A stretch of 56,443 bases of DNA. Origin: an uncultured Bacilli bacterium. GTDB taxonomy: Bacteria; Bacillota_I; Bacilli_A; RF39; UBA660. The stretch is taken from positions 1 through 56,443 of the forward strand of contig CANQKO010000006.1 in the NCBI GenBank assembly GCA_947624505.1, in the 5' to 3' direction. How positions within the stretch are numbered: the first letter of the stretch is position 1; each line of letters starts with the position of its first letter. The notes under the pieces are model-generated. The model saw only the letters and a list, made by a program, of their open reading frames with translations, was not told the origin of the DNA and made no database searches. Made by a program: the position numbers and the translations under genes. Below are positions 20,050-29,070 of this stretch, piece after piece.

Positions 20050-22150
20050 CTTTGACCTCAACTAATTCATAAGCTTCTAAAATGTCGCCTTCTTTAATAT
20101 CATTATAACTTTCTAAAGTAATACCACATTCAAAGCCTTTCTTCATTTCTTTGACACTTTCTTTACCTTTTTGTAAAGAAGCTATTTTATCAAGAACAAC
20201 AATTATGCCATCACGAATAACCCTAACATTTGCACCATTTTTAATTATTCCATCTGTAACATAACAACCAGCAATATTACCTATTTTAGAGAATTTAAAG
20301 ATTTTTCTAATTTCAGCTGAACCCATAACCTTTTCTTCAAACTCTGGGTCTAACATACCTTTCATTGCTAATTCCATATCTTCAACTAATTTGTAAATAA
20401 TTGTATACAATCTAATATCAACACTATATTCTTTAGCTATTTCTTTAGTTATATTACTAGGTACAACATTAAAACCAATGATTATGGCATTTGAAGCATT
20501 GGCAAGCACAACATCACTTTCTGTAATGGTACCAATCCCACTTCTTATAACGTTTACTACGACATCGCCAACTTTAATTTTTTGCAAAGCATTTTTAACA
20601 GCTTCTTCACTACCTCTAACATCAGCCTTAAGTAATACGTTAATTTCTTTTTCGCCACTTTCGATTTGTTTAAATAAATCATCTAACGAAACAATATCTT
20701 TTTTATATTTAGATGAAGCAATACTCTTTCTTTTACTTGCAATTTCTTTAGCTTTAGCTTCTGTTTCAAAAGCCATAAATTTATCACCAGCAGAAGGATT
20801 ATCAGAAATACCAGTTACTTCAACCGGCATTGATGGATAGGCAAGGGCAATTGATTCACCTAAATCATTTTTCATTGTTCTTACCTTACCAAAGAATTCA
20901 CCAACAACAATTGGATCGCCAATTCTAAGGGTTCCATTTTGAATAATAAAAGAAGCAATTCCACCAACATTTTTATCAAGTTTAGATTCAATAACTACCC
21001 CAGAAGCATATCGATTAGGATTAGCTTTATAATTATTAATTTCCGCAATTGTTTCAATTGTTTCTAATAAAAGAGGAATACCTTCACCAGTTTTAGCCGA
21101 AATATTAATAAATGGAACATCGCCACCCCAAGCTTCTGGCGTAATACCATATTCAGTCATTTCTGTTAAAATACGTTCTGGATTAGCATCTGGTTTATCA
21201 ATTTTATTAACAGCCACAATAATTGGAACATTAGCAACTTTAGCGTGATCAATTGCTTCTTTAGTTTGGGGCATAACTCCATCATCAGCAGCAACAATAA
21301 TAATTACAATATCGGTAACACTAGCTCCTCTTGCACGCATTTCCGTAAAAGCCGCATGTCCTGGCGTATCAATAAAAGTTATTTTATTACCATTATGATT
21401 TATTTGATATGCCCCAATATGTTGCGTAATACCGCCAAACTCTCCTTCAACAATATGTGAGTTTCTAATATAATCTAAAAGAGTTGTTTTACCGTGATCA
21501 ACGTGACCCATAATAGTTACAATTGGTGGTCTTTTAACTAAATCTTCTTCACGGTCGATTATTTCATATTCTTCAAAGTTAGCTAAATCTTGAGTCTCTT
21601 CTTTTTTTAAAGTTTTACCATAATCTAAGGCAACAATTTCGGCATTTTCAAAATCAATTTGATCATTTAAGCTTAACATTAAACCTAAAGACATTAATTT
21701 TTTAATTATTTCTGTTCCCCCAACATTTAAATTATCTGCTAATTCTTTAACACTCATTCCTTGTTTATATAAAACAACATCTTCACTAGAAACAGAATTA
21801 TCCATTAATTTTTCTTTATGTTTATACATTTCCTTTTTTAATATTTGATAATTATCTTTATTTTCATTAGTCCGATCTTTTTTCTTTAATTTTTGCTTTT
21901 TAGATGTATTACTTTCCGAAATATTTTTACTTTCCATAATATCAAAAGCAATATTTTCAACAAGTTCATCTTCATCATATGTAATTTCATCATCAGTACT
22001 AATTAAGTTTAAAGTATTATCAAGCATAACAATATCATCAGCTTCTAAAAAGTCTTCACCAGCTGTTACATTTATACCTAATTCTTTACATTTTTTTAAA
22101 ACTTCAGCAATGGATAAATTCATATCTTTAGCATAATCTTTTACACTCAT
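20042..22150 (-). CDS. infB: translation initiation factor IF-2
   Basis: [32 protein letters not shown]. Confidence 0.97.
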   Translation of the reverse strand: MSVKDYAKDMNLSIAEVLKKCKELGINVTAGEDFLEADDIVMLDNTLNLISTDDEITYDEDELVENIAFDIMESKNISESNTSKKQKLKKKDRTNENKDNYQILKKEMYKHKEKLMDNSVSSEDVVLYKQGMSVKELADNLNVGGTEIIKKLMSLGLMLSLNDQIDFENAEIVALDYGKTLKKEETQDLANFEEYEIIDREEDLVKRPPIVTIMGHVDHGKTTLLDYIRNSHIVEGEFGGITQHIGAYQINHNGNKITFIDTPGHAAFTEMRARGASVTDIVIIIVAADDGVMPQTKEAIDHAKVANVPIIVAVNKIDKPDANPERILTEMTEYGITPEAWGGDVPFINISAKTGEGIPLLLETIETIAEINNYKANPNRYASGVVIESKLDKNVGGIASFIIQNGTLRIGDPIVVGEFFGKVRTMKNDLGESIALAYPSMPVEVTGISDNPSAGDKFMAFETEAKAKEIASKRKSIASSKYKKDIVSLDDLFKQIESGEKEINVLLKADVRGSEEAVKNALQKIKVGDVVVNVIRSGIGTITESDVVLANASNAIIIGFNVVPSNITKEIAKEYSVDIRLYTIIYKLVEDMELAMKGMLDPEFEEKVMGSAEIRKIFKFSKIGNIAGCYVTDGIIKNGANVRVIRDGIIVVLDKIASLQKGKESVKEMKKGFECGITLESYNDIKEGDILEAYELVEVKDE

Positions 22151-22165
22151 TTTTATTCCTCCTTA

Positions 22166-22423
22166 TTATAATAATTTATTTAATTCTTGAAATACCTCAT
22201 CTTTAATTTCTAAGCCTAGAATTTTATCTAGTATTTTACTTGCTTGGGCTTTAGCAAAAACTTCTTTATCTTTTTTTAAATAAGCTCCACGTCCATTTTT
22301 TTTACCCGATAAATCAATTTCAACATTACCTTCTGGAGTTCTTACTATTCTAACTAAATCTCTTTTATCACATTTTTCTTTAGTAACAACACAAGTTCTT
22401 ATGGGAGTCTTTTTTATATACAT
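22166..22423 (-). CDS. ylxR: YlxR/RnpM (DUF448) RNA-binding protein
   Basis: PIRTCVVT...KRDLVRIVR...GK.NGRGAYL. Confidence 0.92.
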   Translation of the reverse strand: MYIKKTPIRTCVVTKEKCDKRDLVRIVRTPEGNVEIDLSGKKNGRGAYLKKDKEVFAKAQASKILDKILGLEIKDEVFQELNKLL

Positions 22424-22435
22424 TAATATTCCCCC

Positions 22436-23551
22436 TTAATCTTTGTTTCCTTCTTCATTAATTTGGGATAAAGTCTTTATTTCTAATTTATATTTAGTAA
22501 GTTTACTAGCAAGTTTTATATTACTTCCTTTTTTACCAATAGCAAGACTTAAATTGTCATCAGTAACAATAGCTAGAGCTTCCTTTTTTTCTGGGTTAGT
22601 AATATTTACAATAACATTTTTGGCTGGTGATAAGGCATTAGCAATAAATGTTTCTGGATTTTCATCATATAAAATTAAATCAATTTTTTCACCATTTAAT
22701 TCTTTTAAAATACTAGCAATACGACTACCTTTTTCACCTATACAAGAACCAATGGCATCAATTCTTTCATTAGTTGAATATAAAGCAACTTTACTTCTAT
22801 TACCAGCATCTCTCGCTACTCCATATAAAACTACTTCTCCATCTTGTAATTCTGGAATAAATGATTCAAATAATCTTTTAACAAAACCATAATGTTTTCT
22901 TGAAAGCATTATTACTGGTCCTTTAGTACCACTTTCTACTTTTGTAATGTATACTCTTATACTAGAACCCATTTTAATTGTCTCACCGGGAATAATCTCA
23001 CTCTTAGGTAAAATTCCTCTTGTTCTTCCTAAATCAATATAATAATTTTTTTGATCTTCAAGAGCCACTAAACCTAACATAAGCTCATATTCTTTGTCTT
23101 GAAATTCTTCAATAATACTATTTTTTTCTGCTTCTCTTATTTTTTGAGTAACTACTTGTTTAGCTGTTCCAGCCGCAACTCTTCCAAAATCTTTAGGAGT
23201 TACTTCTTTTTCAATAGTATCACCAACCTTAGCATTTGGATCAATTTCTTTTGCATCTTCTAATAAAATTTGGGCATCAATATTAATTTTAGGAGGAACA
23301 TCAATAACATTTCCTTCTTCATCAACTTCTTCACTACCCTCATCAATAGCGTCAACTACTACTAAATAAGAGAAAACTTTAATTTCCCCAGTTTCTCGAT
23401 TGATATCTACTCTTACATTGGTTTTAGAATCAAAATTTTTCTTATAAGCTGTTTGTAATGCTAAAGTCATTGCATCAAATACAACATCAGCACTAATATT
23501 TTTTTCTTTAACAATATCATTTAATGCTTTAATAAATGCTTTACTATCCAT
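22436..23551 (-). CDS. nusA: transcription termination factor NusA
   Basis: FGRVAAGTAKQV, ARDAG.RSK, IG.KGSRI, LSLAIGKKG.N. Confidence 0.97.
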   Translation of the reverse strand: MDSKAFIKALNDIVKEKNISADVVFDAMTLALQTAYKKNFDSKTNVRVDINRETGEIKVFSYLVVVDAIDEGSEEVDEEGNVIDVPPKINIDAQILLEDAKEIDPNAKVGDTIEKEVTPKDFGRVAAGTAKQVVTQKIREAEKNSIIEEFQDKEYELMLGLVALEDQKNYYIDLGRTRGILPKSEIIPGETIKMGSSIRVYITKVESGTKGPVIMLSRKHYGFVKRLFESFIPELQDGEVVLYGVARDAGNRSKVALYSTNERIDAIGSCIGEKGSRIASILKELNGEKIDLILYDENPETFIANALSPAKNVIVNITNPEKKEALAIVTDDNLSLAIGKKGSNIKLASKLTKYKLEIKTLSQINEEGNKD

Positions 23552-23554
23552 TTT

Positions 23555-23830
23555 TTAACCTCTTTCCTTACTAATAACATCTAAGATATATTCACTATCA
23601 CATATATCATATTCATCAACAATTGGATTTATAATTTCTGTTGATGCCACTATCTCATCTAAATCAATTCCTCCAACTTTGTCTAAAACAATAGTTAAGA
23701 AAGTATATTTACCTTGTTTCTTAATATAAATTTCATCAACTATTACCTCTCTTTTTTCTAAAGCTTTTTCTAGATGGGTTTTTAATTTTTCTAAAATTTC
23801 TAATTTTTTTTCTTCTTTTTTCATCTTCAC
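23555..23830 (-). CDS. rimP: RimP, N-terminal domain only
   Basis: Position before nusA; L.I.LDK.GGIDLDE...I...D...Y.LDV.S; ends where the Sm-like domain would begin. Confidence 0.75.
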   Translation of the reverse strand: MKMKKEEKKLEILEKLKTHLEKALEKREVIVDEIYIKKQGKYTFLTIVLDKVGGIDLDEIVASTEIINPIVDEYDICDSEYILDVISKERG

Positions 23831-23844
23831 CTCAAACTAATAAT

Positions 23845-23868
23845 AAAAGTGGGATGTTCTGCCCACTT
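23845..23868 (-). promoter_or_regulatory. rimP leader hairpin
   Basis: AAGTGGG-CAGAACAT-CCCACTT, resembling the conserved GAGTGGG/CCCACT hairpin upstream of rimP. Confidence 0.6.
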
Positions 23869-23914
23869 AAAATGTCAATTATATTATATAAAAATTTATG
23901 CTTAAATGCAAGTA

Positions 23915-24427
23915 TTACTTGATAAAACCGTTTTGAATTAATTTAGTATCATTAACAACAATAAAAGCTTTTTCATCAAACTCTTTTACTATTCTAGTTA
24001 ATTCTTTTAATTTTTTACTATTAACTTCGATAAATAACATATCTTTATTTTTACCTTCATAATCATTTTTTAATTCAATAACGGAAACAGCATAGCCAAT
24101 TTTTCTTAATTTCTTTATTAGTTTTTCATTATTTTCTTTTAAAACAATTTGAACTCCCACTACCCCTTTAATTAAAAGTTTAGATAAAATGGAGCCAATA
24201 TAAGTTCCTGTTGCGTATCCTAGTGCATAGCTACCGGCAATATAAAAAGTATTTTGGGTGGAGTTTAGGGCCTCTCTTGCTACTACATACCAAATTAGCA
24301 CTTCAAAAAAAGCGATAAAAAAAGGCTCTATACTTTTTCCTTTCACACATAAAACGGTTCTGAATGTTCCTAATGATACATCGGCAATCCGAGCCAAAAA
24401 TATTTTTAAACATTCCAGTAAAAGCAC
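23915..24427 (-). CDS. UPF0316/DUF5698-DUF2179 membrane protein
   Basis: IFLARIADVSLGT.RT, FFEVLIW, YALGYATG.YIG. Confidence 0.85.
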   Translation of the reverse strand: MLLLECLKIFLARIADVSLGTFRTVLCVKGKSIEPFFIAFFEVLIWYVVAREALNSTQNTFYIAGSYALGYATGTYIGSILSKLLIKGVVGVQIVLKENNEKLIKKLRKIGYAVSVIELKNDYEGKNKDMLFIEVNSKKLKELTRIVKEFDEKAFIVVNDTKLIQNGFIK

Positions 24428-24439
24428 ATAATCACTCCT

Positions 24440-24670
24440 TTAAATAGTAAAGATCATTATCATTACAAAGATTACTATAAAAAGAAGAAAGCCTAAGACA
24501 AATCCCCACATAATGGAGGTATTTTCTTTATCTCTTTTAACAATTGATTCAATATCTTTATCGTAATTATCTCTTTTAAAGTGCTCTTTATTTATTTCTT
24601 TTTCCTCTTTACTATATTCTTGATGATTTTTATTCATTTCGTATTTATTAACCATCATTCTACTTGTCAT
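24440..24670 (-). CDS. small hypothetical protein with a C-terminal TM
   Basis: 76-aa ORF with hydrophobic C-terminus. Confidence 0.55.
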   Translation of the reverse strand: MTSRMMVNKYEMNKNHQEYSKEEKEINKEHFKRDNYDKDIESIVKRDKENTSIMWGFVLGFLLFIVIFVMIMIFTI

Positions 24671-24797
24671 ACTATTATTTTCCTACTTTCTTAATATAAT
24701 TATACCAAAAATATTTAAAAAAGCGTTTTTTTACTTAAAAATTTATTTTTATTGACATTGCTAGACAAAAAAGAACTATCATTTGATAGTTCAAATA

Positions 24798-25271
24798 TTA
24801 ATAACCTTTGCTTTTATAATATTCATATAATTCTTTGAAACGATTAAAATGGACTACTTCTCTTTGTCTTAAAAATAAAAGAGGCGCTAGAACATCTTCA
24901 TCATCAGTTAAATCAATTAAGTTTTCATAAACCGCTCTTGCTTTTTGTTCAGCTGCCATGTCTTCCATTAAATCAGCAATTGGATCAGCAGTTACAGCAA
25001 AATAAGTTGCGGTAAAAGGTACACCAGAAGCATCAACTGGATAAATACCTTTATTATGGTCAGCATAATATGACGCAAGACCGGCTTCTTCTAATTCTTT
25101 TAAAGATGCATCTTTAGTAAGTTCACTAACCATTGAACAAATCATCTCACAATGGCCTAATTCTTCAGTTGCAATATCATTAAGTAAGGCTCTTCCCTTG
25201 TCATCTGGCATTGTAAATTTTTGACTGAAATAACGCATTGCAGCAGCTAATTCTCCATTTGCACCACCAAA
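24798..25271 (-). CDS. cotJC: 3' segment of split cotJC (Mn-catalase-family spore coat protein)
   Basis: FGGANGELAAAMRY...DIATEELGH.EMI...DPIADL.EDMAAEQKARAVYE...LRQREVVHF.RF. Confidence 0.93.
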   Translation of the reverse strand, partial: FGGANGELAAAMRYFSQKFTMPDDKGRALLNDIATEELGHCEMICSMVSELTKDASLKELEEAGLASYYADHNKGIYPVDASGVPFTATYFAVTADPIADLMEDMAAEQKARAVYENLIDLTDDEDVLAPLLFLRQREVVHFNRFKELYEYYKSKGY

Positions 25272-25284
25272 GTGCAAAAGCGAT
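25261..25284. other. left attachment site
   Basis: core gcaccaccaaa plus arm aagtgcaaaagcgat (25270-25284). Confidence 0.85.
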
Positions 25285-25419
25285 AGTTAAATGATTTCGA
25301 GCATAAAAAATAAGGCAAAGAATCAAATTCTCGCCTCATTTATATAATTTTTTGCCCTAAATTTAAAATCAAAATTGCTAAATACTTCTTGTTAATTTTC
25401 TTCGTATAAATTACTTCTC

Positions 25420-25527
25420 TTATTCCATATTTTTTAATAATTCGCAAATTTTCTTTATTTTTTTAACAGCTTGTTCTTCATTAACAGGATTGTGAACTAT
25501 AACTTTTAAAATTTTTTTATAATTCAT
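25420..25527 (-). CDS. 35-aa ORF MNYKKILKVIVHNPVNEEQAVKKIKKICELLKNME; candidate recombination directionality factor
   Basis: GGAG RBS; upstream AC-N17-CATAAACTA sporulation-type promoter; below the ORF-track size cut-off. Confidence 0.5.
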   Translation of the reverse strand: MNYKKILKVIVHNPVNEEQAVKKIKKICELLKNME

Positions 25528-25709
25528 AAGTTTCAACTCCTATATTAGTTTATGCTTTTTGTTTAATTTGGGTTATTACCTATTTTCAACGTATAATTCT
25601 ATCCTTTTCTATATTTTTTTAGTAAAATTTATACTTTTTATTCTTTTAGATTGATTATTTCTTTTTACTCCTTTAAAATGTTAATTAGAAAGGAGTAAAA
25701 ATATAATTT

Positions 25710-26117
25710 ATGAAAAGATATATGTCAAATAAATTTATTAAAATTAATTGCTTAAATAGTTTATTAAAAGTTTTAAATGATAAAGTTTCTTCCGAAGAAA
25801 AATTAAACAAGTTAGTGATACACACAGCAAATGGAATTTATATTGGTACTCTTAAAGAACCAATTGATTCGGAAAATTATGAAGTTACTAATAAAGATGA
25901 TATTTTAACGATCTATCATAAAGTGTTATACGAACAGATAGCCAAAGCCGAAAACGATATAACTGATGAAATTGAACGAGTTTTAGAAAATCCCATTACT
26001 ATTACTTTAGAAAATGTAGAATTACGTTGCAATAATGTTATTACTCATTTACCTTTTATAGAAATATTTATAGACCAAATAATTGGAATCTCATTAGGAT
26101 CAATTTCTTCTGATTAA
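25710..26117 (+). CDS. hypothetical prophage-type protein
   Basis: AAAGGAG upstream; 135 aa. Confidence 0.7.
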   Translation: MKRYMSNKFIKINCLNSLLKVLNDKVSSEEKLNKLVIHTANGIYIGTLKEPIDSENYEVTNKDDILTIYHKVLYEQIAKAENDITDEIERVLENPITITLENVELRCNNVITHLPFIEIFIDQIIGISLGSISSD

Positions 26118-26129
26118 TTTTTGATTTAA

Positions 26130-26219
26130 TACTTACCAACTTTTTACAATAAAGAACAAATAGCAAATTTGCCAGTTAAAATTATTGGTATTGCTAAAGA
26201 AAAGAGGACGAGATTATGA
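26130..26219 (+). pseudogene. 3' remnant of an S24/LexA-CI-like repressor
   Basis: Reads YLPTFYNKEQIANLPVKIIGIAKEKRTRL*, like phage repressor C-termini; stop overlaps the next ATG (ATGA). Confidence 0.6.
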
Positions 26220-26674
26220 AAAAAATATATAAAATATTAATACCAAGTGCTGTAGCTTTAGGTGTTATTGGAACTTTTACAGAAAATGATACACCAAATA
26301 CAAATCTTATGGATAACAATAAAAGTTCTTATACTGAAACAGAATCAAAAAAAGAAGTAGATGAAGAAGAAAATAATAACCAAACTGTAGAAAATGAAAA
26401 AAAAGAAGAAACTACCGATAAAGCAAATGATAAAACCTCCGACAAAATCACTGATAAAGTCGCTGATAAAACTTCTACAAATACAACAAATAATAATTCA
26501 AAAGATAAAACTGCTAACAATAAAGATACAAATAAGGAAAACCAAAATTTGCCATTAAAAGCTATTTGCAATGACGGAACTATTTCTTATCAAGATGATT
26601 CAAGTAAAGATAATTATAGGGGAATGTGTTCTGGACACGATGGAATTAAAGAAAAATTAGGTAGAGTAAAATAA
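26216..26674 (+). CDS. secreted or anchored protein with a DUF3761-like C-terminal Cys/His motif
   Basis: Signal-like N-terminus, acidic/Thr-Asn linker, AICNDGT.S....RG.CSGH.G. Confidence 0.7.
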   Translation: MKKIYKILIPSAVALGVIGTFTENDTPNTNLMDNNKSSYTETESKKEVDEEENNNQTVENEKKEETTDKANDKTSDKITDKVADKTSTNTTNNNSKDKTANNKDTNKENQNLPLKAICNDGTISYQDDSSKDNYRGMCSGHDGIKEKLGRVK

Positions 26675-26742
26675 TAATAGTTAATAAAAATATATATTTT
26701 ATTTAAAATTGCATATAATAGAGTTAGGAAAGTCAAAATTAA

Positions 26743-26771
26743 TTGATTTTCTACCAAACTTGTGGTAATAT
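26743..26771 (+). promoter_or_regulatory. sigma-A promoter for the RNA-repeat/toxin unit
   Basis: TTGATT (26743-48), 17 bp, TAATAT (26766-71) with extended TG. Confidence 0.55.
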
Positions 26772-26790
26772 AATTACACAAGTTGTAATT

Positions 26791-26896
26791 GACTGCATTG
26801 TGAAGAATTTTTTTCGAGGAACATATTAGTCAGTCTGATTATAACATCAAGAATAGCGTTGTGAAGAGGAAACTCGAGGAACATATTAGTCTATTC
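26791..26896 (+). ncRNA. two structured RNA repeats of about 45 nt (60-nt period); candidate type III antitoxin
   Basis: Identical TTGTGAAGA and TCGAGGAACATATTAGTC blocks; covarying stems GACTG/CAGTC vs GAATAG/CTATTC and GAA/TTC vs GAG/CTC. Confidence 0.65.
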
Positions 26897-26903
26897 ACTG
26901 TTT

Positions 26904-26932
26904 AAGGAACTCTATTATTAGGGTTCCTTTTT
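26904..26932 (+). terminator. intrinsic terminator between the RNA repeats and the toxin
   Basis: AAGGAACTCTA-TTAT-TAGGGTTCCTT-TTT. Confidence 0.8.
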
Positions 26933-26953
26933 CAATTGTTAGGAGGTAAATTT

Positions 26954-27322
26954 ATGAAAAATGGAGAAATATATTATATAGATTTTAAAGGCAATAGAGG
27001 TTCAGAAATAAATGATATACATTTAGGCATAATATTTACTATTCCTAAAGTAAAGAATATGGTATTTTGTATTCCTCTTACAAGTCCAAAAGAAAAGCAT
27101 TTTAAGAACATAGATGCATTTAATAATCGTAATCATAATGAATTAAAATATCAAAATTTAATTTATATAGATAAAACGGATTCAATAGCACTATTAGATC
27201 AAATTAGAACAATATCAACGCAAAGATTAATTAAATCTTATAACGTAACTTTAGATATTACACATATAAATTTAATTATAGTTAAAGTTAATAAATTTAT
27301 AAAAAATGTAATGAAAAAATAA
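26954..27322 (+). CDS. PemK/MazF-family endoribonuclease toxin
   Basis: GEIYYIDF....GSE...H.GII...IPLTS...S.ALLDQIRTIS..RL; AGGAGGT RBS before ATG 26954. Confidence 0.85.
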   Translation: MKNGEIYYIDFKGNRGSEINDIHLGIIFTIPKVKNMVFCIPLTSPKEKHFKNIDAFNNRNHNELKYQNLIYIDKTDSIALLDQIRTISTQRLIKSYNVTLDITHINLIIVKVNKFIKNVMKK

Positions 27323-27346
27323 TTAGGTTGAAATTTTAGAAAAATT

Positions 27347-27468
27347 AAAAAAAGCCTCTACTCTGCTAGAACAGAATAGAGGTAAATGAAAACCCAAACT
27401 AAACGAATTTTAATAGCACATATTAAATATATTTTTGCTACATATATTTGCTACATATATAGGTTTTC
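27347..27468 (-). ncRNA. candidate small RNA between the toxin and the recombinase
   Basis: Minus-strand TG.TACAAT (27483-27475) and terminator CCTCTATTCTG-loop-CAGAGTAGAGG-C-T7 (27382-27347). Confidence 0.4.
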
Positions 27469-27511
27469 TATATAATTGTAGCATAAATTTTAAGTAAAAG
27501 AAAGGAATTTT

Positions 27512-28954
27512 ATGAAAGAAGAAAGAATTGCTGCAATATATATTCGTGTCAGTACAGATTCTCAAACAGAATACTCTCCTGATGCACAATTAAAAGCAAT
27601 AAAAGAATACGCAAAAAGAAATAATATTGAAATAGATCCTAAATACATATATAAAGACGAAGGTTTTAGTGGCCGTAAAGCAGAAAAAAGACCAGCATTT
27701 ATGCAAATGATTGCTACAGCTAAAACAAAGCCTACTGCCCCATTTAATGTTATCTTAGTACATAAACTAGATAGATTTGCAAGAAATCGTGAAGATAGTA
27801 TAGTTTATAAATCATTACTCAAAAGAGAATGCAAAGTTGAGGTAATATCAATTACCGAAGATTTTGGCGATGATAAGTTTTCTGTTATTTTAGAGGCAAT
27901 GTTAGAAGCAATGGCAGAATACTACTCTCTTAACTTATCTGATGAAGTAAAAAAAGGTATGGTTGAAAAGGCAAATAGAGGCGAATATCAAACAAAAGCA
28001 CCCTTTGGCTATAAAATGGTCGATAAAAACTTAATTGTTGATACAGAAGCCTCAAAAATAGTAAAAATGATATTTAATGATTATCAAAATGGAATTAGTT
28101 TTAAAGGCATTGCTAAAAAATTAAACAATTTAGGGATCAAAACTTCGCAAAATAATAAATGGGAAGTAAGAACTATTGAATATATATTAAGAAATCCTGT
28201 ATATAAAGGTTATACTTTATGGACCCCTAATGCAAAAAGTAGTTGGGATTATAAATTTAAAGCAAAAAATGGCATCTTAAAAAAAGGAAGCCACGAATCA
28301 ATTATTGAAGAAGCCACTTTTGATAATATTCAAAACCAAATTTTAAAGAAAAAAGATTTATATAAATCGACTTCAACTAGTAACTTTAGTTGGATTAGTA
28401 AGTTAGTAAAATGTAGTAATTGTGGTTCTACTCTAACCACACAAAAAAATGCCCTTCAATGTATAGGCTATTCTCACGGAAGTTGTGAAGAAAGTCATTA
28501 TATTAGTTATTCTAAAATTATACCAGCAATATTAAATCAAATTCAAAAAGATTATAAAAACCCTATTAACATTAATTTTAGTAAGAAAAAAATAAAAAAT
28601 GATATTTTAGATGAAAAAGATATTTTAGAAAATAATTTAAAAAATTTGCAAGAAAAATTAGTAAGAAGTAAAAATTTATATTTAGAAGGAATAGATACTT
28701 TAGAAGAATATAAAGAGAATAAATTGCAAATTGAAAAAAACATTAAGGAAATTAATGAAAAAATTGATAAACTACCTAAAGACAAAGAAACAGTCAAAGA
28801 ACAAAACATTTCTATAAATGCTAAAAATGTATATGAATTATTAATTGATGAAAAAATTGATATGGTAAAAAAATACACTGTCATTCACGAACTTATTGAT
28901 TATATTGTTTATGATAAAAAAAGTGAAACAATTGAGATTTATTACAAAGAATAA
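27512..28954 (+). CDS. large serine recombinase (SpoIVCA/CisA-like)
   Basis: AIYIRVST catalytic Ser, D.G.SG....RP, LDRFAR, APFGY recombinase domain, C..CG Zn ribbon, coiled coil. Confidence 0.95.
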   Translation: MKEERIAAIYIRVSTDSQTEYSPDAQLKAIKEYAKRNNIEIDPKYIYKDEGFSGRKAEKRPAFMQMIATAKTKPTAPFNVILVHKLDRFARNREDSIVYKSLLKRECKVEVISITEDFGDDKFSVILEAMLEAMAEYYSLNLSDEVKKGMVEKANRGEYQTKAPFGYKMVDKNLIVDTEASKIVKMIFNDYQNGISFKGIAKKLNNLGIKTSQNNKWEVRTIEYILRNPVYKGYTLWTPNAKSSWDYKFKAKNGILKKGSHESIIEEATFDNIQNQILKKKDLYKSTSTSNFSWISKLVKCSNCGSTLTTQKNALQCIGYSHGSCEESHYISYSKIIPAILNQIQKDYKNPININFSKKKIKNDILDEKDILENNLKNLQEKLVRSKNLYLEGIDTLEEYKENKLQIEKNIKEINEKIDKLPKDKETVKEQNISINAKNVYELLIDEKIDMVKKYTVIHELIDYIVYDKKSETIEIYYKE

Positions 28955-28959
28955 AAAAC

Positions 28960-28986
28960 ATCGCTTTTACACTTAGCACCACCAAA
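28960..28986. other. right attachment site
   Basis: arm atcgcttttacactt (28960-28974, inverted copy of left arm, 14/15) plus core gcaccaccaaa. Confidence 0.85.
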
Positions 28987-29070
28987 TTGAGTAAGTAAAT
29001 ATTTAGCCATTCTTAAATCTTTTTTGCTTATGTTTATTGGATAATTAGTATGCTTAACATATTTAAACAT
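28976..29070 (-). CDS. cotJC: 5' segment of split cotJC
   Basis: AGGAGGT RBS; MFKYVKHTNYPINISKKDLRMAKYLLTQFGGA; overlaps the cotJB stop. Confidence 0.9.

Larger units (their letters stand above)
25261..28986. mobile_element. serine-recombinase gene-intervening element (defective prophage remnant) inserted in cotJC; 3715 bp excisable
   Basis: 11-bp direct repeat GCACCACCAAA at 25261-25271 and 28976-28986; inner 15-bp inverted arms; recombinase gene next to the right end. Confidence 0.9.

Noticed and set aside
24798..25277. ORF-track protein starting MHFGG as a complete gene
   Set aside because: The TTG start lies in the att arm with no RBS; the true N-terminus is at 29070
26791..26896. Mini CRISPR array
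   Set aside because: Only two units, no cas genes, and the variable parts are covarying stems rather than spacers
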